Positions 15,045 through 24,515 of a stretch of DNA of 46,395 nucleotides are shown here, in pieces. Made by a program: the position numbers and the translations under genes. Numbering within the stretch: the first letter of the stretch is position 1; every line of letters starts with the position of its first letter. The notes beneath the pieces are model-generated. The model was not told the DNA's origin. It ran no database searches and saw only the letters and a program-made list of their open reading frames with translations. Source of the DNA: Spirochaetales bacterium (GTDB taxonomy: Bacteria; Spirochaetota; Spirochaetia; JABEVK01); NCBI GenBank assembly GCA_027451385.1, contig DAIDJJ010000002.1, positions 1-46,395 of the forward strand, in the 5' to 3' direction.

Positions 15045-17702
15045 ATGGATGTAGGTGTCTATTCAGCTGACGCCACCCAAATCCTGTTAGAAATCTACAC
15101 TCAGGACACCGGGGCTTCGGCAACCTACGATTACTGGATGTCTCAGGGCTCTGACAACGTCTGGCGTGCGGCCATCGCTTCTGTTCCCAATGGCACCCTA
15201 TATGCCTTCCGAGCTTGGGGCCCCAACTGGCCCTTTAATACGGCTTGGACACGAGGCAATAGCTCGGCGGGGTACATCACCGATTGCGATACCAACGGAA
15301 ACCGTTTTAACCCCAATAAAGTGCTGTACGACCCTTACGCCAAAGAAATCAGTCATGATGTCGACAGCCCTGCTTTGGTCGCTTCGGGCAACTCTGACGT
15401 CATTTTTGCCTCTGGCGGTGCCAATGTCAGCTCGACGCAAACTTACAGCGGCCCAATCACAGGCAATGTCACCATGGACCTGAGAAATATCGATACTGGG
15501 GCTTATGCTCCTAAAGCCGTCGCCTTAGTCGACAGTACCTCAACAGGAACCAAACCGAATATTCCCGAGGCCGACACCATTGTTTATGAAACTCACCTGA
15601 AGGGATTAACGGCCCATTCCTCGAGTGTCAATCTGACTACTTTATTGTCACCTTACTCGGGTTTTGCTGATGCGGCCAATGTTCCCTCCAACTTAGTAGG
15701 CACGTACGCTGGTGCCGCCTACATGGCTGGCTACCTCAAAGATTTGGGCATCAACACCGTCGAATTCTTACCCGTCATGGAAACAAACAACCAAGAAAAC
15801 CCCTCGACACACTCCGGGGGAAATTACTGGGGTTACATGACCTACGGGTTCTTTGCACCTGACCGCCAATATGCCCATGATCAGAGCTTTGGTGGGCCTA
15901 CAAAAGAATTCAAGCAAATGGTAGCGGCCTTCCACAAAGCCGGTATTCAGGTGTACTTGGATGTCGTCTATAACCACACGGGCGAAGGCGGCACCTGGGA
16001 CGGCACTGGTATGGAAGCCCAGCTAGTGAGCTTCCGGGGCCTGGATAACCGTGCCTACTACACCTTGGCCGGAACCAACAACAATTTTTACTGGGATTCT
16101 ACCGGCTGTGGCAACAACTTTAACGCCGGTTCAACTCCCGAAGAGAATCTTGTGCTCTCCTCTTTGAACTACTGGTCTCAGACCATGGGCGTAGACGGCT
16201 TCCGCTTTGACTTGGCCGTCGAATTGGGACGCAACGGTAGTTCGGCCTTTTCAAGCACAGCTCCTTTGCTGACGAATATCGCTTCTTTGGCTTCCACCGA
16301 CGGCTTTAAGATCATTGCCGAGCCCTGGGATACCCAAGACGGCGGCGAAATTGGAAACTTCCCTGCTGGGTGGGCCAACTGGAATGGGAATTACCGTGAC
16401 GCGATACGTGAGTTCATGACCGGCAATCTTGCGGGTGAAAATAATCTGGGCTGGGCCGACGCTTTCTACGGCGACTACAGCAAGTTCTCTGGTGAAGGCG
16501 GACCTCAGAAATCTGTCAATATGATTGATGTTCATGACGGCTTTACCCTAACCGACTTAGTCAGTTACGGTTCGCAAACCAATTCTAGCCTTTCCTGGCC
16601 CTTTGGACCCTCAGACGGCGGTACTAGCAACAACCTCAGTTCGGCTTGGGGCGGAAACCAAACCATGCGTCGGCAGGTGATCCGTGACTTCTGGACCTTC
16701 CAAGTTTTAAGTCGAGGCATCCCCATGGTGGAATGGGGTGACGAATTCGGCCGCACCGTGGATGGCAACAACAATGCCTACAATGTAGATTCTGTGGCCA
16801 CCTGGAATAACTACAACATGATTGGCAGTGCTTCACCCGACACGGTTGCCACTGGGGATACTACCGGGGGAACAGCAACCTACAACAACAACCTTGGCAC
16901 TTTTGCGGCGGCTTCGAGCGGTGGTCCGAATACCAACTTTGCCTTCCTACAAGCTCTTTTGAAACTCCGTGCGGCTCACCCGGCCTTTAACCAAGCTAAC
17001 TACAATGAAGCCATTTCTTTCCTGACCCCTGCCGGTTCCAGTTCTGGCTTTAATGAATGGACCCAGGCTGATGGCGAAGTGTATGTCTCGGGTAGCCAAG
17101 TCGGTGACAATGACTTCTTGATCCTTGTCAACATGACGGGAAGCAATGTCGGCTTTACGGTTCCGACAGCCCCCTCAGGAACAGCGTGGGTTCGCCGCAT
17201 TGATACCAACAACTGGGCCGAGTCAGTCGATAATAACTGGAGTCAAACCGCCGGAGCGCAAATCAGCGGCAACTATACAGTGGACAACCAGTCTATCGTG
17301 GTTCTGCAAGCTGTGCCGCAATCCACCGGGAAGTTCACGATTAAGTTTATCAATAACGGCTCGTCACAAAACGTCACCTTCCCCGGTGATGACAACAGTT
17401 GGAGTTTGACGGCAAATACGCTTTCAGCAGCCCCCAACACAACTTATACGATCACGGGTCCCAACCCCATCACCAGTGCCGTGTTGGCTCAGGGCAACAA
17501 CTCTTCGACCCTTGAGCTTCAGGTTTGCAACACCTCGTCTGGTTGGAATGGAGCCTGGGGTTTTGCCTCGTGGAGCCGGTCAAGCAACATTAGTTTTTCA
17601 AACTCGGCCGACACTCAACTGAGTATTACGTGTAACCCAGGTCAAAATGTGACCCTGACGATTGACGTGGCGACAACCTCGTTGTCAGCAACGGTTCAAT
17701 AA
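15045..17702 (+). CDS. GH13 glycogen-debranching / isoamylase-type enzyme (GlgX/TreX-like) with an extra C-terminal beta-rich domain
   Basis: GH13 regions: YLDVVYNHT, GVDGFRFDLAVELG, KIIAEPWD and MIDVHDGFTL. The N-terminal CBM48-like VGVYSADATQILLEIY block has conservation continuing upstream of the ATG (WGLGASF). Confidence 0.85.
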   Translation: MDVGVYSADATQILLEIYTQDTGASATYDYWMSQGSDNVWRAAIASVPNGTLYAFRAWGPNWPFNTAWTRGNSSAGYITDCDTNGNRFNPNKVLYDPYAKEISHDVDSPALVASGNSDVIFASGGANVSSTQTYSGPITGNVTMDLRNIDTGAYAPKAVALVDSTSTGTKPNIPEADTIVYETHLKGLTAHSSSVNLTTLLSPYSGFADAANVPSNLVGTYAGAAYMAGYLKDLGINTVEFLPVMETNNQENPSTHSGGNYWGYMTYGFFAPDRQYAHDQSFGGPTKEFKQMVAAFHKAGIQVYLDVVYNHTGEGGTWDGTGMEAQLVSFRGLDNRAYYTLAGTNNNFYWDSTGCGNNFNAGSTPEENLVLSSLNYWSQTMGVDGFRFDLAVELGRNGSSAFSSTAPLLTNIASLASTDGFKIIAEPWDTQDGGEIGNFPAGWANWNGNYRDAIREFMTGNLAGENNLGWADAFYGDYSKFSGEGGPQKSVNMIDVHDGFTLTDLVSYGSQTNSSLSWPFGPSDGGTSNNLSSAWGGNQTMRRQVIRDFWTFQVLSRGIPMVEWGDEFGRTVDGNNNAYNVDSVATWNNYNMIGSASPDTVATGDTTGGTATYNNNLGTFAAASSGGPNTNFAFLQALLKLRAAHPAFNQANYNEAISFLTPAGSSSGFNEWTQADGEVYVSGSQVGDNDFLILVNMTGSNVGFTVPTAPSGTAWVRRIDTNNWAESVDNNWSQTAGAQISGNYTVDNQSIVVLQAVPQSTGKFTIKFINNGSSQNVTFPGDDNSWSLTANTLSAAPNTTYTITGPNPITSAVLAQGNNSSTLELQVCNTSSGWNGAWGFASWSRSSNISFSNSADTQLSITCNPGQNVTLTIDVATTSLSATVQ

Positions 17703-17730
17703 TCCAGCCTCTCTTCTAACGCCTCACTTC

Positions 17731-17768
17731 AAAGACAAGGCCCGTTTAGACGGGCCTTGTCTTTTTTT
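17731..17768. terminator. Perfect 15-bp hairpin plus T7; terminator for the GH13 gene, overlapping the 3' end of the convergent gene
   Basis: Positions 17731-17745 pair with 17750-17764. The loop is TTAG (17746-17749). The T run is at 17762-17768. Confidence 0.8.
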
Positions 17769-18618
17769 CGGAAAAGACAGCGGCCAAGGCACGGAGTTCT
17801 TCTTGCGGGGCCGAAGTTTCCCACAGAAGATGACCACTCGGCCACGACAAAACCAGTTCCCCTTTATCGTTTTTCACAGGCCGCCACTCCAAGTTTTGGA
17901 TATGCTTTATTGGGGCAAAAGAAAAAATCCCGCCATACAGTCCCTGGCGTCCGCGACGAAAGTGTTCTGGGTCGCGTATGATGAGGATTTCCCATTCTGT
18001 TAAAATGACTAAAAACGGTGTCGCCGTTTTACGCCAACCCACTCGGCGTTCTGGCTGGTAGGCCACGGCTTGGACAGGATCGCCGCGTCTTAAAAGCCGG
18101 CGACCGTAGCTCATAAACTTAAAATGAAGCGGGCCAACACGATCTAGACTATCACGGGAAAGTTCCCAGCGAGCTTCGTCGTTTTCATCAGGAGGAGTCA
18201 CCGCATTTCGTAAGCGCAAAAGAAAGGGGTCCATCAAAATTTCGTTCACGCTCGCAAAGGGCAGACGCACACTATGCGTCGCCGAGGAAACTTCTAACCA
18301 CGAAGAAAGCAACACCACGCCGCGTTGGATCCAGCGTATTTCAGAGAACGGAAAAACGATCTTATCGATGCGGTTCCCGACCTCCTCCCAAACAGTAAGA
18401 CGATCTGACTCTAAACTCAGTAAGCGGGAGCGATAGGCACTTTCTTGGGGGCGTAGAGCCTTATCTCCCGGTAAAAACACAGCATCAGCAGGAAAATCCG
18501 CAGGGAAAAGCGCCGCAAAAGGTTCCGGAAGATCACTCGCAGCTTCGGGGCGCTTGGCCCAGGTCTTCATCGTCTGAACTGAAGAGGTCTTGGCGTACCA
18601 ATCATTATTATCCTGCAT
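17746..18618 (-). CDS. Hypothetical protein, 290 aa, downstream of bioB
   Basis: Long ORF on the same strand as bioB, 37 nt downstream of it. I recognise no motif. It looks like two similar halves, each with a buried beta-rich segment (possibly PH-like). The start codon is uncertain because no SD is visible. Confidence 0.55.
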   Translation of the reverse strand: MQDNNDWYAKTSSVQTMKTWAKRPEAASDLPEPFAALFPADFPADAVFLPGDKALRPQESAYRSRLLSLESDRLTVWEEVGNRIDKIVFPFSEIRWIQRGVVLLSSWLEVSSATHSVRLPFASVNEILMDPFLLRLRNAVTPPDENDEARWELSRDSLDRVGPLHFKFMSYGRRLLRRGDPVQAVAYQPERRVGWRKTATPFLVILTEWEILIIRDPEHFRRGRQGLYGGIFSFAPIKHIQNLEWRPVKNDKGELVLSWPSGHLLWETSAPQEELRALAAVFSEKKTRPV

Positions 18619-18655
18619 AAGTTCAGACTAACGTATCTCCACCGGCTTGAATAGA

Positions 18656-19645
18656 TTAATGCCCCGCAATGACTTCCATTTCCAAGTCCTGAATCATCGC
18701 CAAATCTTTTTCGGCCCCTTGACCCGGTTGAGTTAAGTAACCATCCAAAAAGAGGCTATTTGCCGGAAAAAGCGCTAGGTTTTGCAGACTTCTCAAGTGA
18801 AGTTCGCGGCCGGCACTGGCGCGAATTTCTGCTGAAGGGTTGGCCAGACGAAACAGACAAAGGTACCGAAGAGCCTTCCAGGGACGAAGTTCTGTCTGGA
18901 GCCGCTGTGCCAACTTGGTTCCTTCTACGGCAATCAAAAAGTTCACGGGGATGCTGTCCACTTTTTCCCGGCGAAAGGTTAAGGCTAATTCGGCAATTTG
19001 CTCATCAGACTCGCCCATGCCTATGATCAAACCCGAACACAGCGAAAACCCCGCTTGCTGGGCATTGTGCAAGGTTTCCATACGGTCCTGATAGGTGTGC
19101 GTAGAACAGATTTGGGGGTAGATCTCTTCGTGCGTATTCAGGTTGTGGTTGTAGGCGTCCACACCGGCGTCTTTCAAGAATTTGAGCTTGGCTCGCCCCG
19201 TATCGCCCGTCATCAAGCCCATACAGGCACAAACTTCCATACCTAAGTCGGATTTGATCTGCTTTGTGGCTTCTGCCAAAGTTTCTACCGCACTCCAACT
19301 GGCCGAGCGCACCGCCATAGTCACGCAAAACCGGCTTCCTCCGGTTTCTTTGGCTTCTTTAGCCTGATTCACCAGCTCTTCTTTGCTTAAAAAACCGTGC
19401 TTCGCCGACACATCTTGGGCATGCTGTGACTGACCGCAGTAATGGCAATCTTCTGAACAGAGTCCTCTTTTCGCATTGGATAAGACATTTGCTTTGACGA
19501 GATTGCCAAAGTAATGCCGTCGTATCGTCCAGGCCGCATCCAGGATTTGTAAATGTTCGGATTCCGGGGCCCGTAAAACAGCAAGAGCGTCCTCTTGAGT
19601 GAGTTGGTAACCGTTAAGAATACGCTGAGCAAGCTCTTTCCACAT
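18656..19645 (-). CDS. bioB: Biotin synthase
   Basis: Radical-SAM motif CSEDCHYCGQS. AAGGAG sits 7 nt before ATG 19645. Size and context (divergent from bioAFGCD) fit bioB. Confidence 0.93.
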   Translation of the reverse strand: MWKELAQRILNGYQLTQEDALAVLRAPESEHLQILDAAWTIRRHYFGNLVKANVLSNAKRGLCSEDCHYCGQSQHAQDVSAKHGFLSKEELVNQAKEAKETGGSRFCVTMAVRSASWSAVETLAEATKQIKSDLGMEVCACMGLMTGDTGRAKLKFLKDAGVDAYNHNLNTHEEIYPQICSTHTYQDRMETLHNAQQAGFSLCSGLIIGMGESDEQIAELALTFRREKVDSIPVNFLIAVEGTKLAQRLQTELRPWKALRYLCLFRLANPSAEIRASAGRELHLRSLQNLALFPANSLFLDGYLTQPGQGAEKDLAMIQDLEMEVIAGH

Positions 19646-19668
19646 AGGGTCACTCCTTGTGCAGGGAA

Positions 19669-19697
19669 TTGACGTCGGCCAATGAGCGACGTATGAT
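19669..19697 (+). promoter_or_regulatory. bioA promoter TTGACG-N17-TATGAT with an embedded inverted repeat (candidate biotin operator)
   Basis: TTGACG at 19669-19674 and TATGAT at 19692-19697. The inverted repeat is ACGTCG (19672-19677), N9, CGACGT (19687-19692). Confidence 0.5.
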
Positions 19698-19720
19698 CGC
19701 CGTACTCCTATCTTTTTCAG

Positions 19721-21169
19721 GTGGATTGGTCAAGGTTGAAGCACGATAAACTGAAGAAAATTGATCAGAAACAACTTTGGCACCCCTTTACCCAGCGCCA
19801 AGGCTTGGCAGAACCGCCCCTCATTGTCCGAGGCCGAGGCGTGAAATTGTACGACGATAAGGGGCAGGCCTACTACGACACGATCAGTTCTTGGTGGACA
19901 AACCTGCACGGACATGGTCATCCCGCCTTGGTGCGAGCCCTTCGACGACAGGCGAAACAACTCGACCACGTCAATTTCTCTGGCTTTACCCACCCGGCGG
20001 CACTCGAACTGACTTCAGCCCTGGCAGAACGGCTTCCTCGGTCCCTCAATCGCTTTTTTTATTCGGATGACGGGTCAACCGCCGTGGAAGCGGCCCTCAA
20101 GATGGCCTATCAGTACCACCTCAACCGAGGGTTCCCAGAAAAAACTCACTTTGCGTATTTGGATCAAGGCTACCATGGCGATACCTTAGGGGCGGTGGGT
20201 GTCAGTGGGGTCGATGACTTTCACGGGGCGTTCAAGCCCCTGCGGTTCCCGTCCCTCCGCTTACCAGCCCCCCGGGCCCAGGCTTTGGGCACCAAAACCG
20301 GAAACCCCGTTCAACTTTCTTGCCCGGAATCGACCTGGCAAACTACCGAAGCCTTACTTCGGCAAAAGGCCGCCCAGACAGCAGCGGTCATAGTGGAGCC
20401 CCTCATTCAATGTGTCGCAGGGATGCAGCCCTACCCGGCCGAATACTTAAGGCGCCTTCAGCACTTGTGCCATGAACTCGATATCCTGGTGATTTATGAC
20501 GAAGTCGCCACGGGCTTTGGCCGAACCGGCTCCTTTTTTGCGCTGGATCAAGCCGGAACCGTGCCAGACTTTTTATGTTTAGCCAAAGGTCTGTCTGGAG
20601 GTATTCTCCCCTTAGCGTTGACGGTGACCACCGAAGAAGTGGAACACGCCTTTGAAGGTCCCGGTAAAACGTTTTTGCATGGACATAGTTTTACCGCCAA
20701 CCCGATTGCCTGCGCCTCGGCCTTGGCCAGCCTCAAGCTTTTTGAGCGAACCTTCTGGCGACCTGGCGCCTTGGAACGGGCCGCCCCCGTCAGCCAGGCT
20801 TTTCACGAGCACTTAACGACCTGGACCACGCGGCCTGAAGTGGGCGACCTGAGGTTCTTAGGCCATATCGGCGCGGTCGACTTGGTTAACCCCGAAACCG
20901 GCACCCCCTGGCCAGCGGCACTCAAAGCTGGCCAACAAGCCTACCGGTTATCCCTCACCAAAGGCTTAGTTCTTCGCCCCTTGGGGGATACCTTGTACTG
21001 GTTTTTGCCCCTGAGCCTCACCGAACGTCAGCTGAAGACCATCCTGAAACGAAGTGGGGAAGTTCTTCAGGAAACCACCCAAAACCTCCTCCACCAAAGG
21101 TCTCAGGAGCTTCGCCAAGATTTTCTACAAGTTCCCCCTGGATCTGACCCTGCCCCGAGGGACGTATGA
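19721..21169 (+). CDS. bioA: Adenosylmethionine-8-amino-7-oxononanoate aminotransferase
   Basis: Class-III aminotransferase blocks LWHPFTQ, YHGDTLGA, VIYDEVATGFGRTG and HGHSFTANP. GTG start. ATGA overlap with bioF. Confidence 0.9.
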   Translation: MDWSRLKHDKLKKIDQKQLWHPFTQRQGLAEPPLIVRGRGVKLYDDKGQAYYDTISSWWTNLHGHGHPALVRALRRQAKQLDHVNFSGFTHPAALELTSALAERLPRSLNRFFYSDDGSTAVEAALKMAYQYHLNRGFPEKTHFAYLDQGYHGDTLGAVGVSGVDDFHGAFKPLRFPSLRLPAPRAQALGTKTGNPVQLSCPESTWQTTEALLRQKAAQTAAVIVEPLIQCVAGMQPYPAEYLRRLQHLCHELDILVIYDEVATGFGRTGSFFALDQAGTVPDFLCLAKGLSGGILPLALTVTTEEVEHAFEGPGKTFLHGHSFTANPIACASALASLKLFERTFWRPGALERAAPVSQAFHEHLTTWTTRPEVGDLRFLGHIGAVDLVNPETGTPWPAALKAGQQAYRLSLTKGLVLRPLGDTLYWFLPLSLTERQLKTILKRSGEVLQETTQNLLHQRSQELRQDFLQVPPGSDPAPRDV

Positions 21170-22368
21170 TGGAAGAACACTTTACCGTCCAAGCGGCCCT
21201 GGAGTCCTGGCAAGCCGAACTTTCTCAGTTGGCTCAAGACTCCCGAAAACGGCAAATCCGTACCCCACAGGCCACCAAAGGTCCGTATTTGTGGCAAGAC
21301 GGCCAACGCTTGGTGAATTTCTCTGGAAATGACTACCTTGGTTTGGCGGGAGACCCCCAAATCGCTCAAGGCGTTTTGGCCCGTTTCCAGGAGCTGGTAC
21401 AAACGGGACAACTCCCGCTTTGGGGGTCAACGGCCAGCCGTTTGATGGCGGGAGCCTCCCCGTGGCACGCCCAACTTGAGGCGGAGCTGGCCAGCTTTTA
21501 CCCGGGCCGCCAAGCTTTGCTGTTCAACAGCGGCTGGCACGCCAATACGGCCGTCCTTTCTGCACTAGCGGGGGCTTCGGATGCCATCTTTGCCGACCGC
21601 TGGATACATGCCAGCCTGATTGACGGTTGGCGCTTATCCGGGGCTCGGCTGTACCGTTACCACCACAACGAGATGGCTCACCTCGAAGAGCTCCTCAAAC
21701 GCCACCGAGGTCAGCATAAGAGGGCCTTTATCGTCACCGAAGCGCTGTTTTCGATGGAGGGTGACGAAGCTGACTTGGCATCCCTGATCGCTCTCAAAGC
21801 CCGCTACGAAGCCTTTTTGGTCTGGGATGAGGCTCATGCCTTTGGCGTACTTGGACCCAAAGGGGCCGGTGTCGCGGCCCGTGACGGCCTCAGTGGTCAG
21901 GTTGACCTCACCGTGGGGACCTTTGGCAAGGCACTGGCGTCGAGTGGAGCTTTCGTAGCGGCTTCAAAGCTTATCCTTGAGGTTTTGATTCAAAAAAGCC
22001 GTCCGTTGATTTTTAGCACAGCCCTCCCCCCGGCCAGTGCCATCGTCACGTTGTTTCACTTGGCGTGCGAACCCGAGCTGGTCAACCGCCGTGAAAAGCT
22101 ACTCCATCTAGCACGGGAATTTCATGCCCAAGCCCACCAGCAAGGCTGGAGCGTTCCAGGACAGAGCTGGATTGCCCCTCTGATTTTAGGAAGCGACGCC
22201 AAAGCCGTACAGGCCGCTGAACAATGTCGACAAGCTGGTTTAAGCCTTTTGCCGGTGCGGCCGCCCACCGTACCCGAGGGGAGCTCTAGGTTGCGCTTAT
22301 CCCTGCGTTCAGATATGACCCCAGACCAGTGGGAGCCCTTATGGCCGGTTCTCGAGGCTTTTCGATGA
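21166..22368 (+). CDS. bioF: 8-amino-7-oxononanoate synthase
   Basis: Alpha-oxoamine synthase blocks NDYLGL, DEAHAFGVLG and the PLP-lysine motif GTFGKALASSGAF. Confidence 0.9.
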   Translation: MMEEHFTVQAALESWQAELSQLAQDSRKRQIRTPQATKGPYLWQDGQRLVNFSGNDYLGLAGDPQIAQGVLARFQELVQTGQLPLWGSTASRLMAGASPWHAQLEAELASFYPGRQALLFNSGWHANTAVLSALAGASDAIFADRWIHASLIDGWRLSGARLYRYHHNEMAHLEELLKRHRGQHKRAFIVTEALFSMEGDEADLASLIALKARYEAFLVWDEAHAFGVLGPKGAGVAARDGLSGQVDLTVGTFGKALASSGAFVAASKLILEVLIQKSRPLIFSTALPPASAIVTLFHLACEPELVNRREKLLHLAREFHAQAHQQGWSVPGQSWIAPLILGSDAKAVQAAEQCRQAGLSLLPVRPPTVPEGSSRLRLSLRSDMTPDQWEPLWPVLEAFR

Positions 22369-23075
22369 CGCTCCATTGGGCTAAGCCCGGCGAGCCTGGG
22401 GATCGTTTGATCCTTGTCTTTAACGGCTTTGCCATGGACGAAAATCCGTGGCGGCTTTGGTCCCAGCCCCTGAACAGCACCTTGGCCTTCGTGCGGGGGT
22501 ATCACGAACTCGAGGTCCCCTTGCCCTCCACAGAGCTAGCAAGAATCCGCTCCTTTAGCCGGGTAGACGTGGTGGCTTGGTCCTTAGGAGTTTGGGTCTA
22601 CGGTACGGTGGCCGACACCTGGGCGTTACCCCCAGGAAAAAGGCTGGCCGTCAATGGGACGCTCACCCCTCTCCACCCCGACTGGGGGATTCCCCCAGCT
22701 ATCTTTGCGCTGACCAGAAGAACCTTCAGCGAAGCCACGCGAGAAATCTTTTATCGCCGGGTATGCGGTTCGGACGAGGTGTGGAAGCTGTTCCAACCTT
22801 TGGTCCCCCAGCGTTCGGCTGATGAGCAGGCCCAGGAATTAGCCGTGTTTTACGAGGCTCTGCAAGCTTCGGCTCACCTTACCACACGCCCCGAAACCGC
22901 CCAGCTTTTTTCGACCATCCTTATCAGTTCGCACGACCAAATCATGCCCCCCGCCGCCCAACGCCGCTTTTGGCAAAGGGGCCATGAACTAGCGGCCGGA
23001 CACTACCCGTTTCACCTCTGGCCGAGCTGGGAAGCTTTTCTATCCCTACCTGCGGAGGACGTCCATGCCGTTTGA
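22365..23075 (+). CDS. bioG: Pimeloyl-ACP methyl ester esterase, BioG (DUF452) type
   Basis: LILVFNGFAMDE...VDVVAWSLGVWV nucleophile-elbow pattern typical of DUF452/BioG. Position between bioF and bioC. ATGA overlap with the bioF stop. Confidence 0.65.
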   Translation: MTLHWAKPGEPGDRLILVFNGFAMDENPWRLWSQPLNSTLAFVRGYHELEVPLPSTELARIRSFSRVDVVAWSLGVWVYGTVADTWALPPGKRLAVNGTLTPLHPDWGIPPAIFALTRRTFSEATREIFYRRVCGSDEVWKLFQPLVPQRSADEQAQELAVFYEALQASAHLTTRPETAQLFSTILISSHDQIMPPAAQRRFWQRGHELAAGHYPFHLWPSWEAFLSLPAEDVHAV

Positions 23076-23811
23076 CGCGGCCTGGCACTTTCAACGGGCC
23101 CAAGGCAGTTATGATCAAGCCGCAACCATTCAAAGGTCAATGGCCGAACACCTGGTGAGTGTCCTTGGGCCCCTGGCTCCCCCCAGAGGTTGGTCCAAGG
23201 TTTTTGAACTCGGGTGTGGGGCCTTGACCCTGACCCAGCGCCTATGTGCTATATTTTCAGAACAGGACTTATGGTTGAACGATCTTTGGTCCCCTCCCCC
23301 CGAACGTTTACAAAAGCTTCCTTGCCGCCAACTCCACTTTCTTGAAGGCGACGCCGAACATATCGACTGGCCTAGGAACTGCTCCCTGATCGTCGCGAAC
23401 GCTGTGCTTCAGTGGTTTCAACAACCTTTGTCGGTATTCTCGAAAGCCTACGAGGCCTTAGAGCCGGACGGATTTCTGGCGCTGGGCTTGTTTTTACCCG
23501 GGACATTTGCAGAGTTTCAAAAAGCCAGCGGACGCGGCTTAGACTACCCTTCAGAACAAGCTTGGACTCAAGCCGCTGAATCTCAGCGTTGGCGGGAGGT
23601 CTTTCGACATACCGCGACCACAACCCTGAATTTTCCTAGTGCCCGCGCTCTGATGCAACACCTTCGGGACACGGGGGTCAACGGTACGGCACGCGAGGTA
23701 TGGACGCGTTCACGCTGGGAACATTTTTTAGCCAACTATCCCCGTAGTTCAGACGGTTCATGGCCGCTGACTTACCATTCTTGGCTTTGGATCCTGAGGA
23801 GACCGTCATGA
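23065..23811 (+). CDS. bioC: Malonyl-ACP O-methyltransferase
   Basis: SAM-binding motif VFELGCGALTLTQRL, NAVLQWF block, and bio operon context. Confidence 0.8.
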   Translation: MPFDAAWHFQRAQGSYDQAATIQRSMAEHLVSVLGPLAPPRGWSKVFELGCGALTLTQRLCAIFSEQDLWLNDLWSPPPERLQKLPCRQLHFLEGDAEHIDWPRNCSLIVANAVLQWFQQPLSVFSKAYEALEPDGFLALGLFLPGTFAEFQKASGRGLDYPSEQAWTQAAESQRWREVFRHTATTTLNFPSARALMQHLRDTGVNGTAREVWTRSRWEHFLANYPRSSDGSWPLTYHSWLWILRRPS

Positions 23812-24515
23812 CAGTTTTTGTGACAGGAATCGACACCGATATCGGCAAAACCTGGGTCACCGGTCAGCTTTTGGGCGTCCTACGCCAGCAGGTGGCGGCC
23901 ATCTCGATGAAGTTGGTGCAAACGGGGCAAGAACCGCTCCCGGGGCTCGCGGGGGTGTCCCAAGACCTCCGGGAACACCGCCGTTTAGCAGGAATGCCGT
24001 TACTCCCTGAGGATCTTCAAGGACTAACTTGTCCGTGGATTTTTCGAGAACCAGCGTCACCCCACTGGGCGGCCCAAAAGGAAGGGAAAACCCTACAAGA
24101 AGCTGCACTCGCCTCTGCCGTCTCCAAACTTGAACACAGCTTTCCTTGGGTACTTTGTGAAGGTGCCGGCGGCGTCTTGGTTCCTTTGGCACCGGGGCTC
24201 ACCACCCTCGATTTTGTGGGACGGCGCGGGTGGCCGGTCATTCTGGTCACCACCCCTCGCCTCGGTAGTATCAACCATACCTGGCTGACAATTGAAGCCG
24301 TACTGAGCCGCGGGCTCACCCTGGCGGCCGTCGTCGTGAACCGCAGTGACGCTTGGGGCGAAAGTCTGAGGCTGAGCCTTTTAAGTACCTTGCAGGAGTT
24401 TGAAGCTCAAGGCAAAGTCCTTGAGCTTTTCGATGACCCTCAAAAAAATCCCAAGGGCTTTTCAAAATTAGCCCAAATCGTTCTGAGCCTTCGTGAAAAT
24501 CAGACCCAAAATTAA
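23808..24515 (+). CDS. bioD: Dethiobiotin synthetase
   Basis: P-loop VFVTGIDTDIGKTWVT and CEGAGGVLVP block. ATGA overlap with the bioC stop. Confidence 0.88.
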   Translation: MTVFVTGIDTDIGKTWVTGQLLGVLRQQVAAISMKLVQTGQEPLPGLAGVSQDLREHRRLAGMPLLPEDLQGLTCPWIFREPASPHWAAQKEGKTLQEAALASAVSKLEHSFPWVLCEGAGGVLVPLAPGLTTLDFVGRRGWPVILVTTPRLGSINHTWLTIEAVLSRGLTLAAVVVNRSDAWGESLRLSLLSTLQEFEAQGKVLELFDDPQKNPKGFSKLAQIVLSLRENQTQN

